From contig CAMCBY010000003.1 of NCBI GenBank assembly GCA_945873015.1, positions 1 to 33,877 of the forward strand: a stretch of DNA of 33,877 bases. The letters are read 5' to 3'. A program made the position numbers and the translations under genes. Source of the DNA: Klebsiella pneumoniae. Its GTDB lineage: Bacteria; Pseudomonadota; Gammaproteobacteria; Ga0077536. Below, in pieces: positions 8,408 to 17,692 of this stretch; within the stretch, counting starts at the first letter, position 1; the number at the start of each line of letters is the position of its first letter. Under the pieces are notes generated by a model. The model was not told the DNA's origin. It saw only the letters and a program-made list of their open reading frames with translations, and made no database searches.

Positions 8408-9739
8408 TTACGACAGCGGCTTGATCAATACCGCCGAATTCCTCTGGAAGTTATACAGCTGGCGCTTGCCCATCGGCAGGCTGTCGATGGCGCCGGCGCG
8501 GAAACCGCGCTCGTTGAACCACTGGGTGGCCTGGGTGGTCAGCACGAATACCGAGCGCAGCCCGGCATGGCGCGCACGGCGCTCGAGGGCCTCGAGCAGC
8601 ATGTCGCCGAATTGCCCGCCGCGATAATCGGGGTGAACGGCGATGCAGGCGATTTCCGCCATGCCCTGGTCGACATAGGGATACAGCGCGCCGCAGGCGA
8701 CCACCGTGTTCTCTCGCACCATCACCACAAAATGATCGATTTCGTTTTCGAGCTTTTCCCGAGAACGTTTGACCAGCAGGCCCTGGTCTTCAAGGGGCTG
8801 CACCAGTTCAAGAATGCCGCCGACGTCCTCCACCCTGCCCTCGCGCAGCTGATCGAAAGGCGCGCTGCTTAGCATCGTACCTATGCCATCGCGGGTGAAA
8901 AGCTCGCGCAGCACCGCGCCGTCGACCAGGCGGCTGAGTATGTGCACCCGCTCGACGCCAAGTTCACAGGCGGCGATGCCGGTCTCAAGCGGTTCAAAGT
9001 CGAACAGTTCGGCCCATTGGGTTTCGCGCATCTGCTGCGCTTCATGCACCGTCAATTGCCGCACGAGTTCGCCATTCGTGTTGGTAATGCCGTCGCGGTC
9101 CGTGAGCAGAATGAGCTTGGCGGCGCCAATGTCGGCGGCGACAGTGGCGGCCAAGTCCTTGGCTTTCAGATTAAACAGCTCGCCGGTGGGCGAATAACCA
9201 AGCGGTGCAAGCAGCACGATTTCACCCTCCTCGAGACGCGCGGCGATGGCCTTGTGATCAACGCTGCGCACAAGCCCGGTAAACAGCAGATCGACCCCAT
9301 CGATAATGCCGGCCGGACGTGCCAGCACGAAATTGCCACTCGCGATGCGGCAACTGGCGGCCGACAAGGGGCCACCGCGACTGCCGAAGGAAAACGCCGC
9401 TTCGATATCAAGGCGCATGGCGCCGACCACTTCGCGTACTTCATGCATGGTCTGAGCGTCGCTGACCCGCAGCGCACCCACCACGCGCGGTGTGATGCCA
9501 CGATCGGCGAGGCGCTGCTCGATCTGTGGACGCGCGCCAAACACCACCACCAGCCGAATGCCGACCGCCGCCAGCATCAGCAGATCGCGAATGAGATTGG
9601 TGAAGCCGGCATCGGCCACCGCTTCGCCGCCAAAATAGACCACGAAGGTCTGGGCGCGATGCTTGTGAAAATAGGGTGACACCTGGCGCAGCCAGGCTAC
9701 TACGGCCTCCCCTTCCAAGGGCGAGTTCTGTTCGGTCAT
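8408..9739 (-). CDS. argA: Amino-acid N-acetyltransferase (N-acetylglutamate synthase)
   Basis: N-terminal kinase-like domain (WLRQVSPYFHKHRAQTFVV, LGYSPTGELFNL) and C-terminal GNAT (ELFTRDGIGT, LYNFQRNS). Confidence 0.95.
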   Translation of the reverse strand: MTEQNSPLEGEAVVAWLRQVSPYFHKHRAQTFVVYFGGEAVADAGFTNLIRDLLMLAAVGIRLVVVFGARPQIEQRLADRGITPRVVGALRVSDAQTMHEVREVVGAMRLDIEAAFSFGSRGGPLSAASCRIASGNFVLARPAGIIDGVDLLFTGLVRSVDHKAIAARLEEGEIVLLAPLGYSPTGELFNLKAKDLAATVAADIGAAKLILLTDRDGITNTNGELVRQLTVHEAQQMRETQWAELFDFEPLETGIAACELGVERVHILSRLVDGAVLRELFTRDGIGTMLSSAPFDQLREGRVEDVGGILELVQPLEDQGLLVKRSREKLENEIDHFVVMVRENTVVACGALYPYVDQGMAEIACIAVHPDYRGGQFGDMLLEALERRARHAGLRSVFVLTTQATQWFNERGFRAGAIDSLPMGKRQLYNFQRNSAVLIKPLS

Positions 9740-9914
9740 CGCGACGTCATCCTCGCGCAGGGCGCGAAATATAATGGCGGCATTCTAGCGAGTTTGCCGC
9801 TACCTGCTTCAAGCCAGGTGCAACTCACCTTGGGTGCCCGCGGCGGGAGCGCTATCATGCGCGCTGGCCAACGGCCAGCCACCACCAACAGCCGACAGCA
9901 CGCCGGAGAACACC

Positions 9915-11594
9915 ATGGCGACCAAGATCAACAAGATCAGTGAACGTATCACTCAACCGCGCTCACAAGGCGCCTCGCAGGCCATGCTCCTCGGCACCGG
10001 CTTGAGCGAAGAAGATTTGAGCAAGGCTCAGGTCGGCATAGCCAGCGTGTGGTTCGAGGGCAACCCGTGCAACATGCACCTGTTGTCGCTCGCCGAGGAA
10101 GTGAAAAAGGGCGTGCAGCAAGCAGGCATGGTCGGCATGCGTTTTAACACCGTGGGTGTCAGCGACGGCATTTCCATGGGCACCCGCGGCATGAGCTATT
10201 CGCTGCAGTCGCGCGACCTCATCGCCGACTCCATCGAGACCATCATGGGCGGCCAGTGGTATGACGCCAATATTTCCATTCCGGGCTGCGACAAAAACAT
10301 GCCCGGCTGCCTGATCGCAATGGGGCGCCTGAACCGCCCGGCATTGATGGTCTATGGCGGCACCATCAAGCCTGGTTATTCGGGCGAAAAAGTGCTCGAC
10401 ATCGTGTCCGCATTTCAGAGTTACGGCTCCTACCTCGCCGGTACGATCAGTGAAGAAGAGCGCCAGGAAGTAGTGCGTCACGCCTGCCCCGGTGCAGGCG
10501 CCTGCGGCGGCATGTATACCGCCAACACCATGGCTTCGGCCATCGAAGCGATGGGCATGACGTTGCCCTATTCCTCGTCTGTGCCGGCGGTCGATCCGCT
10601 CAAAAAGGACGAATGTCGCCGCGCTGGCGCTGCCATCCGCGTGCTGATGGAGCGCGACATCAAACCGAGGGACATCATGACCCGCGCCGCCTTTGAGAAC
10701 GCGATGGTGATCATCACCGTGCTCGGCGGTTCAACCAACGCGGTGCTGCATCTGATCGCGATGGCCAAGGCGGTCGGCGTGAAACTCACCATCGACGATT
10801 TCCAGGCGGTCAGCGACCGTGTGCCCTTCCTGGCGGACTTGAAGCCCTCCGGCCAATACGTGATGGAAGACCTGCACAAGGTCGGCGGTATTCCTGCCGT
10901 ACTGAAATTCCTGCTCGAAGCCAAACTCATCGATGGCGACGGCATGACCGTCACTGGCAAAACCCTGGCGGAAAACCTCGCCGAGTTGCCGGGACTCAGC
11001 GCCGGCCAGCAGGTGTTGCGTCCCCTCACCAACCCGATCAAGCCTAGCGGTCATATCCAGATTCTTAAGGGCAACCTTGCACCGGGCGGTTCGGTCGCCA
11101 AGATCACTGGCAAAGAAGGCCTGCGTTTTGAGGGCCCGGCCAAGGTCTACGATTCGGAAGAAGACATGCTGGCCGGCCTCGAGCAGAAGAATATCGAGAG
11201 GGGAGACGTTGTCATCATCCGCTACGAAGGCCCCAAGGGCGGCCCGGGCATGCCGGAAATGCTGACGCCGACCTCGGCCCTGATGGGAGCAGGTCTCGGC
11301 GATTCGGTCGCGCTGATCACCGACGGGCGCTTCTCCGGTGGTTCCCACGGTTTTATCGTCGGCCATGTGGTGCCGGAAGCCCAGGAAGGCGGCCCCATCG
11401 CATTTGTTAAGACCGGCGACCGGGTGACACTCGATGCCGAGTCCAAGACCATCAGTATGGCGGTCGATGATGCCGAGCTGGCACGTCGACGTGCGGGCTG
11501 GGTCGCGCCGCCCTACAAGGCCGAGCGCGGTACTTTGTTCAAGTACATCCAGCTCGTGACGAACGCCTCGGAAGGCTGCGTGACGGACGAATAA
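9915..11594 (+). CDS. ilvD: Dihydroxy-acid dehydratase
   Basis: [57 protein letters not shown] at 9915 follows GGAG. Confidence 0.95.
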   Translation: MATKINKISERITQPRSQGASQAMLLGTGLSEEDLSKAQVGIASVWFEGNPCNMHLLSLAEEVKKGVQQAGMVGMRFNTVGVSDGISMGTRGMSYSLQSRDLIADSIETIMGGQWYDANISIPGCDKNMPGCLIAMGRLNRPALMVYGGTIKPGYSGEKVLDIVSAFQSYGSYLAGTISEEERQEVVRHACPGAGACGGMYTANTMASAIEAMGMTLPYSSSVPAVDPLKKDECRRAGAAIRVLMERDIKPRDIMTRAAFENAMVIITVLGGSTNAVLHLIAMAKAVGVKLTIDDFQAVSDRVPFLADLKPSGQYVMEDLHKVGGIPAVLKFLLEAKLIDGDGMTVTGKTLAENLAELPGLSAGQQVLRPLTNPIKPSGHIQILKGNLAPGGSVAKITGKEGLRFEGPAKVYDSEEDMLAGLEQKNIERGDVVIIRYEGPKGGPGMPEMLTPTSALMGAGLGDSVALITDGRFSGGSHGFIVGHVVPEAQEGGPIAFVKTGDRVTLDAESKTISMAVDDAELARRRAGWVAPPYKAERGTLFKYIQLVTNASEGCVTDE

Positions 11595-11612
11595 GAACGT
11601 TAGGGAGAACCC

Positions 11613-11639
11613 CGCCGGCGGCCATCGCGGCCGTCGGCG
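11613..11639. terminator. Hairpin between convergent ilvD and the transglycosylase gene
   Basis: CGCCGGCGGCC-ATCGC-GGCCGTCGGCG, an 11-bp stem with one G-U pair. Confidence 0.5.
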
Positions 11640-11646
11640 CGCGCGT

Positions 11647-12249
11647 CTACATATCCCGTTTGTAGTCGTTGTAGTATTTCAGAACCCGCTGTACGTAGAC
11701 CTCGGTTTCCTTGTAAGGGGGAATGCGTCGGCCATTGTTGATGACCGCGTTCTCGCCGGCGTTGTAGGCGGCGAGCGCCAACACCAGATTGTCATCGAAC
11801 ATATTGAGCAGGTCTCGCAGGTACTGCGTGCCGCCTGACACATTGGCCGTCGGGTCGCGGCGATTGCGTACACCATACCGTTCTGCCGTGCCTGGCATGA
11901 GTTGCATGAGACCAACCGCACCGGCCCTCGACACGGCGTCCGGGTTATAGGCGGACTCCGCCGTGATGACCGCATGTAGCAGCGCCGGCGGCAGACGGTG
12001 GACCTTGGCCGCTTCGGCGATGGTGGGACCGTACTTCTGGCGGTTCTTGAACACGCTCTTGAAATCGGCCTTGGCTTCCGACCAGCCCTTCCAGGTTTTG
12101 ACCATGCGCCGATAACCGCCGTGGTCGGGTTTGTCGGTCAGATGTACATGTCCGTGGCTATCGACGTATTTGTAGATATCGGCGCCCGCCAGGAACGGCA
12201 CCAGCACCAACAACGCGCCGAGCGCGAAGAAGAAAATCCGTTTCGACAT
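11647..12249 (-). CDS. Lytic transglycosylase (SLT domain) with signal peptide and DUF4124-like N-terminal segment
   Basis: AVITAESAYNPDAVSRAGAVGLMQLMPGTA, ALAAYNAGE, PPYKETEVYV; hydrophobic N-terminus then ADIYKYVDSHGHVHLTD. The start could instead be GTG 12267. Confidence 0.9.
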   Translation of the reverse strand: MSKRIFFFALGALLVLVPFLAGADIYKYVDSHGHVHLTDKPDHGGYRRMVKTWKGWSEAKADFKSVFKNRQKYGPTIAEAAKVHRLPPALLHAVITAESAYNPDAVSRAGAVGLMQLMPGTAERYGVRNRRDPTANVSGGTQYLRDLLNMFDDNLVLALAAYNAGENAVINNGRRIPPYKETEVYVQRVLKYYNDYKRDM

Positions 12250-12269
12250 GAAGGTAGGGATGGGCACTT

Positions 12270-12353
12270 GAACTCAAAGCTAAAGTGAATTATTGATTTA
12301 TTCTATAACTCAATGATAGTTATTGGAATAGGCAATATAAACTATAAAATACA
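12270..12353. promoter_or_regulatory. AT-rich tract in a divergent promoter region
   Basis: Strongly A/T-rich tract in a GC-rich background; contains ATAACT-N7-AGTTAT at 12305-12323. Confidence 0.45.
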
Positions 12354-12571
12354 TGAGGAAGGACAGAGCCCGTGGCTACCTGCTTCCTCTGACGAGCATA
12401 GCTCAGCGTAGCGCGATCCCCCATTGATCAGGTTCGACGCGGCGCCACATTTAACACAAGTTTTGCAAGGCAATTCAGGCATGGCGGTTGCTCGCGCGCC
12501 GCGCGCTTCCTTGTAGACTTGCCGGCCGGCCAGCACCGTTACGCCGGATGACCATGACTTGAGGGTTCAAC

Positions 12572-13543
12572 ATGTCCTATTTCCTGGCTGAGATTGCGCG
12601 GCGCTTCGAACTCGAGTTCAGCGGCGATGGCCAGCTTGAAATCGAAGGCGTGTGCGGCTTGTCCGATGACCTGCCGGGCTGCCTGTCTTTCGCCAGCGGA
12701 ACGCGTCATGTCGAAGATGCCGCCGCTTCGCGTATCGCTGCGTTTGTTGCCCATCCCGATCACCCGGTGAGCGGTAAAGCCAACCTCTTTCACCCCGAAC
12801 CCGAATACATGATGGCGCGCATCGCCGGCCTGTTCGTACGCAGCCAGATGGGCGACGCGCGCGGGGTCCATGCCAGCGCCATCGTCTCGATAAGCGCGGC
12901 TTTGGGCGACGACTCCTATATCGGCCCCAACGTCGTGATCGGTAATCTGGTCAAGATCGGACCGCGCTGCAAAATCTTCCCCAATGTCGTGATCATGGAT
13001 CGCGTCGAGCTCGGGGCGGACTGCATCATCTATCCCAATTGCACCCTGCGCGAGGACACCCTGCTCGGCGATCGGGTGATCCTGCAGCCCGGCGTATCGC
13101 TCGGCGGAGACGGTTTTGGTTTCGTCAGCCACGAGGGTTCACATTTCAAGATCCCGCAACTCGGTCGGGTAGTACTGGAAGACGATGTCGAAATCGGCGC
13201 CAATTCCACTATCGACCGCGCGCGCTTCAGCGAGACTCGCATCGGCCGCGGCACCAAGGTCGACAATCTGGTGATGCTGGCGCACAACGTGGTGACCGGT
13301 GAGAACTGCGTGATCGTGTCCCAGGTCGGGGTGTCGGGCAGCACCCGGCTCGGCAACCGCGTGACCCTGGCCGGTCAGGTCGGCACGGTCGGGCACGTGA
13401 CGATCGCCGACGATGTCACGGTGCTCGGTAAGGGCGGCATCACCAAAGACATCCGCGAAGCCGGGGTCTATGCCGGCATGCCGCTCAAACCCGCGCGGCT
13501 GTGGCGCAAAGCGATGGCCAAGCTCTACGCCGGTTTATCCTGA
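12572..13543 (+). CDS. lpxD: UDP-3-O-(3-hydroxymyristoyl)glucosamine N-acyltransferase
   Basis: Hexapeptide repeats, GGDGFGF, KIPQLGRVVLEDDVEIGANSTIDRA, KVDNLVMLAHNV (catalytic His), GQVG..GH. Confidence 0.9.
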   Translation: MSYFLAEIARRFELEFSGDGQLEIEGVCGLSDDLPGCLSFASGTRHVEDAAASRIAAFVAHPDHPVSGKANLFHPEPEYMMARIAGLFVRSQMGDARGVHASAIVSISAALGDDSYIGPNVVIGNLVKIGPRCKIFPNVVIMDRVELGADCIIYPNCTLREDTLLGDRVILQPGVSLGGDGFGFVSHEGSHFKIPQLGRVVLEDDVEIGANSTIDRARFSETRIGRGTKVDNLVMLAHNVVTGENCVIVSQVGVSGSTRLGNRVTLAGQVGTVGHVTIADDVTVLGKGGITKDIREAGVYAGMPLKPARLWRKAMAKLYAGLS

Positions 13544-14493
13544 ACCAGCACCGCCGTGTCGCCGCGACGGGTTTCCAACACCACAATGCCGGCAATGATG
13601 AGGCCGGTGCCCAGCATTTGAATCGGGTGCATCGCCTCGCCCAGGATCCAGGCCGCCATGACGAAGGTCGCGGGCGGGCCGATGGTGCTGACGATTGAAG
13701 CACGTTGTGCGCCGATACGGCGGATGCTGGCGGAAAATAGAAACAGCGGCAGCACGCTGGTCGTCACCGTCATGGCCAGCACCAGCGTCCAGGCGTGGGG
13801 CGAGAGCGTCACGAACGAGCCAAAGCTCGCCCCCCCTATCAGCGCGGCGTGGAGTGTCAGCGCGAGCGCTCCGGCAGAACTCGCGTAGACGATGAAGGGC
13901 ACGCTGCCAATCACGGTCGCCACCCGTTCGTTGGCGATGAGGTAATAGGCAAAACCGGCGGCCGAGGCCAGCACCAGTGCCGCGCCGAGGCCATTGGCAC
14001 GCCATAACTCGATATTGATACCGCCGACTGCACAGCCCACACCGAGATACGTTAGCGCCACAGCAGTCAACAATCTGCTCGATGGCCAGCGCCGCGCAGC
14101 GAGTGCGCGCGCCAGCACGACCATCGCCGGATAGGTAAACAACAGGACGCGCTCAAGGCTCGCGTCGATCATGGTCAGTGCGACAAAATTCAACCACGCC
14201 GCAGCGTAATGACTGGCCAGTCCCGCCAGTATTGCGCCGAGGATCAGGCGCGGCTGCGCCGGCCATAGCTGCCGCGGCGCAAGCCGGTACAAAGCCCAGC
14301 CCCACACCAGCGGCAGGGTAAACCAGGAACGCAGCAACAGAATCGATTCAACCGCAACACCGTCACGGAACAACAGCTTGGCGAAGATGCCCTTGCCGGA
14401 CACCAGCAGCGCCCCCATCACGACCAACGCGACATCGCCGTGGCGCTGCCACCAGAGTGCGAGCACAGCGCCCACGCTCAAGGTACCCGGCAT
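13525..14493 (-). CDS. DMT/EamA family transporter
   Basis: About 10 hydrophobic segments; SLERVLLFTYPAMVV and IRRIGAQRASIVSTIGP..T..MAAWILGE. Start uncertain. Confidence 0.85.
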   Translation of the reverse strand: MPGTLSVGAVLALWWQRHGDVALVVMGALLVSGKGIFAKLLFRDGVAVESILLLRSWFTLPLVWGWALYRLAPRQLWPAQPRLILGAILAGLASHYAAAWLNFVALTMIDASLERVLLFTYPAMVVLARALAARRWPSSRLLTAVALTYLGVGCAVGGINIELWRANGLGAALVLASAAGFAYYLIANERVATVIGSVPFIVYASSAGALALTLHAALIGGASFGSFVTLSPHAWTLVLAMTVTTSVLPLFLFSASIRRIGAQRASIVSTIGPPATFVMAAWILGEAMHPIQMLGTGLIIAGIVVLETRRGDTAVLVQDKPA

Positions 14494-14544
14494 GCGCAGG
14501 ACAGCACCGCGGCCGCCAACGCTGGCCGGTGACGGGCGACAGGC

Positions 14545-15453
14545 TCAGGCCGCACGCGGCGGCGGAAACAGACTGGCGCGGGTCATGCTGGCCTGCATGG
14601 GCGCCTGCAACGGCCCCTCCAGCCACTTTGAAGTGGCGATGACCTTGGTGATGTCGATGCCGGTCTCGTAGCCCATACGATGCAACAGGTAGAGCACATC
14701 CTCGGTACCGACGTTACCGGTTGCACCCGGCGCGAACGGGCAACCACCCACCCCACCGCAACTCGCGTCAACGATGCGTACGCCACTTTCGACCGCCGCG
14801 TAGACGTTGCCGATGCCCGTGCCACGGGTGTTATGAAAATGGACGCGTAGCGGCGTCGCGCCGATACGCGGGCGCACCGCTTCAATCAGACGTTTGACGT
14901 CAGACGGCACCGCCACACCGATGGTATCGGCGAGCGAAATCTCATCGACGCCCATCCCATGCAATTGTTCGGCGATGGCGACCACCGTGGCCGGTGCCAC
15001 CTCCCCTTCAAAAGGGCAACCGAAAGACGCGGCAATGGTCACGCCAAAGAAACGTCGGGCGTCTTGCGCCTGGCGCGCGAGGCTCGCTATCTCCACCATC
15101 ATCTCGGCCGAGGTTTTGCCCTGGTTGCGCAGACAGAAACTGTCGGTGCTCACCGCCGCACAATTGATCTGCTCAACCCCCGACGCCAGCGCGCGCTCAA
15201 AACCCTGCAGGTTGAGCACCAGCCCGATGTAACTGACCCCCGCCCGGCGCGGCAGTCGCGCAATGATGGCGTCGGCGTCGGCCATCTGCGGCACACGTTT
15301 GGGGTTAACGAAACTCGCGACCTCCACCCGGCGCACGCCGGCATCGACCAGACGCTCGATAAGCGCGAGTTTGCTGTCGGTGTCCAGCAAGTGTGGTTGC
15401 GCCTGCAGGCCATCACGCGGCCCGACATCGACAATTTCAACGCTCTCAGCCAT
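14545..15453 (-). CDS. Hydroxymethylglutaryl-CoA lyase family protein
   Basis: DVGPRDGLQ, SFVNPKRVPQMAD, LADTIG, HFHNT, GGCPFAPGATGNV.TED. Confidence 0.9.
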   Translation of the reverse strand: MAESVEIVDVGPRDGLQAQPHLLDTDSKLALIERLVDAGVRRVEVASFVNPKRVPQMADADAIIARLPRRAGVSYIGLVLNLQGFERALASGVEQINCAAVSTDSFCLRNQGKTSAEMMVEIASLARQAQDARRFFGVTIAASFGCPFEGEVAPATVVAIAEQLHGMGVDEISLADTIGVAVPSDVKRLIEAVRPRIGATPLRVHFHNTRGTGIGNVYAAVESGVRIVDASCGGVGGCPFAPGATGNVGTEDVLYLLHRMGYETGIDITKVIATSKWLEGPLQAPMQASMTRASLFPPPRAA

Positions 15454-15630
15454 CGCCTTGACTCCTGCGCACAGGCGCTTTCCGTGCTCGCCTTGTGATT
15501 GATTCGAGAGGCGTTGATTGTAGCCAAAGCCCGCCGCTACCGGCAGCGCGGCGCACGCGCGGCAAAACCAAGGCCTCGGCTGCCTGCCACTGCCTCTATA
15601 CTAGGCGGACGGCAACTGCCAGGAGTGAAC

Positions 15631-16983
15631 ATGGCGTCTTTCGATTTTGATCTTTTTATTATTGGTGGCGGTTCGGGCGGCGTTCGTGCCGGACGCATGT
15701 CGGCCAGCTTTGGCGCGCGCGTGGCGATGGCCGAAGAACGCTACATGGGCGGCACCTGTGTAAACGTCGGCTGCGTGCCGAAAAAGCTTTTCGCCTATGC
15801 CGCCCACGTGCACGAGGAAGTGCGCGACGCCGCAGGTTTCGGCTGGAAAATCGCCGACGGTAGTTTCGACTGGCCGCTCCTGGTCGCCAACAAGAACAAA
15901 GAAATCGAACGACTGAACGGCATCTACCAGCGTCTGATGGACAACGCCGGCGTCACCGTCATGCATGAACGCGCGACGGTGAAAGATGCCCACACTGTCA
16001 CCGTCGGCGGCCGCGACATTAGCGCCGAGCGTATTCTGGTCGCGACCGGCGGCTGGCCGTATGTGCCGCAGTTCCCCGGCAGCGAACTCGCCATCACTTC
16101 CAACGAAGCTTTCTTTCTCGAACGCTTGCCCAAACGCGCGGTAGTGGTCGGCGGCGGCTATATCGCGGTTGAGTTCGCCGGCATTTTCAACGGGCTTGGC
16201 TGCGACACCACCCAGTTGTATCGCGGCCCCCTGTTCCTGCGCGGCTTTGACGACGACGCCCGTCATTTCCTCGCCGAGGAAATGCGCAAGAAGGGCGTCA
16301 ACTTGCGCTTCGATACCGACATCGTGCGTATCACGGGCGAAACGCACGACCTGCACCTGCACCTGAGTGACGGCACGACGCTTGATGCCGATCTCGTGAT
16401 GTACGCAACCGGGCGCCGACCGAACAGTGCCAATCTCGGTCTGGAAGCCTGCGGTGTGGCGATGGACGACACCGGCGCGGTCAAGGTCAACGCCAATTAC
16501 CAGACCACCGTGCCCTCAATTTATGCCATCGGTGACGTGACCGACAGGGTGAACCTGACGCCGGTTGCGCTCGCCGAAGGCATGGCGCTGGCCTGGCATC
16601 TGTATCGTGATCATGAACGACCGGTAGATTACGAATACATTCCGAGCGCGGTGTTCAGTCATCCTAATCTCGCGACCGTCGGCTACACCGAAGCGCAGGC
16701 GCGTGAGAAGTTCGGCGCCGTGACCATATTCAAATCGACCTTCACGCCGCTCAAACACACCCTGTCCGGCTCCAAGGAAAAGACCTTGATGAAACTGGTG
16801 GTCGAGACCGCCAGTGACAGGGTGGTCGGTGCGCACATGATTGGGCCCGATGCCGGTGAGTCGATACAAGGACTGGCCGTCGCCATCAAGGCCGGAGCGA
16901 CCAAGACTCTGTTCGATCGCACCATCGGCATTCATCCGACCTCCGCTGAGGAATGGGTGACCATGCGCGAGCCTGTGGCCTGA
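15631..16983 (+). CDS. gor: Glutathione-disulfide reductase
   Basis: [19 protein letters not shown] redox disulfide, [28 protein letters not shown] at 15631 follows AGGAG. Confidence 0.95.
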   Translation: MASFDFDLFIIGGGSGGVRAGRMSASFGARVAMAEERYMGGTCVNVGCVPKKLFAYAAHVHEEVRDAAGFGWKIADGSFDWPLLVANKNKEIERLNGIYQRLMDNAGVTVMHERATVKDAHTVTVGGRDISAERILVATGGWPYVPQFPGSELAITSNEAFFLERLPKRAVVVGGGYIAVEFAGIFNGLGCDTTQLYRGPLFLRGFDDDARHFLAEEMRKKGVNLRFDTDIVRITGETHDLHLHLSDGTTLDADLVMYATGRRPNSANLGLEACGVAMDDTGAVKVNANYQTTVPSIYAIGDVTDRVNLTPVALAEGMALAWHLYRDHERPVDYEYIPSAVFSHPNLATVGYTEAQAREKFGAVTIFKSTFTPLKHTLSGSKEKTLMKLVVETASDRVVGAHMIGPDAGESIQGLAVAIKAGATKTLFDRTIGIHPTSAEEWVTMREPVA

Positions 16984-17051
16984 GACGCAACACAGAACAT
17001 CTTGTCGTAAACGATTTAGTTTTCTTCAATGTCACCAAGGAGCGAACGCTC

Positions 17052-17591
17052 ATGAGATATCCGAAACTGCGCGCGCTGGCGGCCCTGCTGCTTGGCGCCA
17101 TGACCGCCCTCGGCGGTGGCGCTGCCACGGCGGCCGATCTTGCGGTCGGCGATGTCGCGCCCGACTTCACGCTGGCCGGCTCCGACGGCAAACAGCACCG
17201 GCTGGCCGACTATCGCGGCACGGCGGTGGTGCTGGCCTGGTTCCCGAAAGCCTTCACCGGCGGCTGAACCGCACAATGCAAGTCACTCCGTGAGAGTGGC
17301 GCATTGTTGAAGGGCTACAAGGTCGCCTATTTTATGGCGAGCACTGATGATGTTGAGACCAACACTAAATTTGCCGCCGACAACGGCGCCGACTTCGCCA
17401 TCCTCGCGGACCCTGACAAAAAAGTGTCGGCGGCCTATGGGGTGCTCGGCATGATGGGTTTCGCCTCGCGCTGGACGTTCTATATCGACAAGGACGGCAA
17501 AATTGCCTACATCGATAAAGACGTGAGTGTGGTCAAGGCCGGTGCCGATACGGCCGCGCGCCTCACGACGCTGGGTGTGGAAAAACGCTGA
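17052..17591 (+). CDS. Peroxiredoxin (BCP/PrxQ-like, AhpC/TSA family), predicted selenoprotein (Sec72 = TGA 17265-17267) with signal peptide
   Basis: AAGGAG RBS then ATG 17052. Reads ...[50 protein letters not shown]...[15 protein letters not shown]...[12 protein letters not shown] in one frame. The TGA occupies the C of PxxxTxxC and a SECIS-like hairpin follows. Confidence 0.9.
17273..17307 (+). promoter_or_regulatory. Bacterial SECIS-like element
   Basis: Lower stem ACAATGC/GCATTGT (7 bp), AA bulge, upper stem GTCACTC/GAGTGGC (7 bp, one U-G), apical loop CGUGA separated from the UGA by 21 nt. Confidence 0.8.
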
Positions 17592-17692
17592 GATAGTCAT
17601 TGCGGCGCAATGATGTGCCCGCATAAATTGAGCGCGGGGCGCGGATCGTTTTCACTTTAATGTGCGAATGAATTCGCACCTGCGAGGCTGTC

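Noticed and set aside
16953-17591. Peroxiredoxin pseudogene or two separate small ORFs (16953-17267 and 17304-17591)
   Set aside because: The single stop is TGA at exactly the catalytic Cys, the frame is otherwise intact, and a SECIS-like hairpin follows. Sec recoding explains this better.
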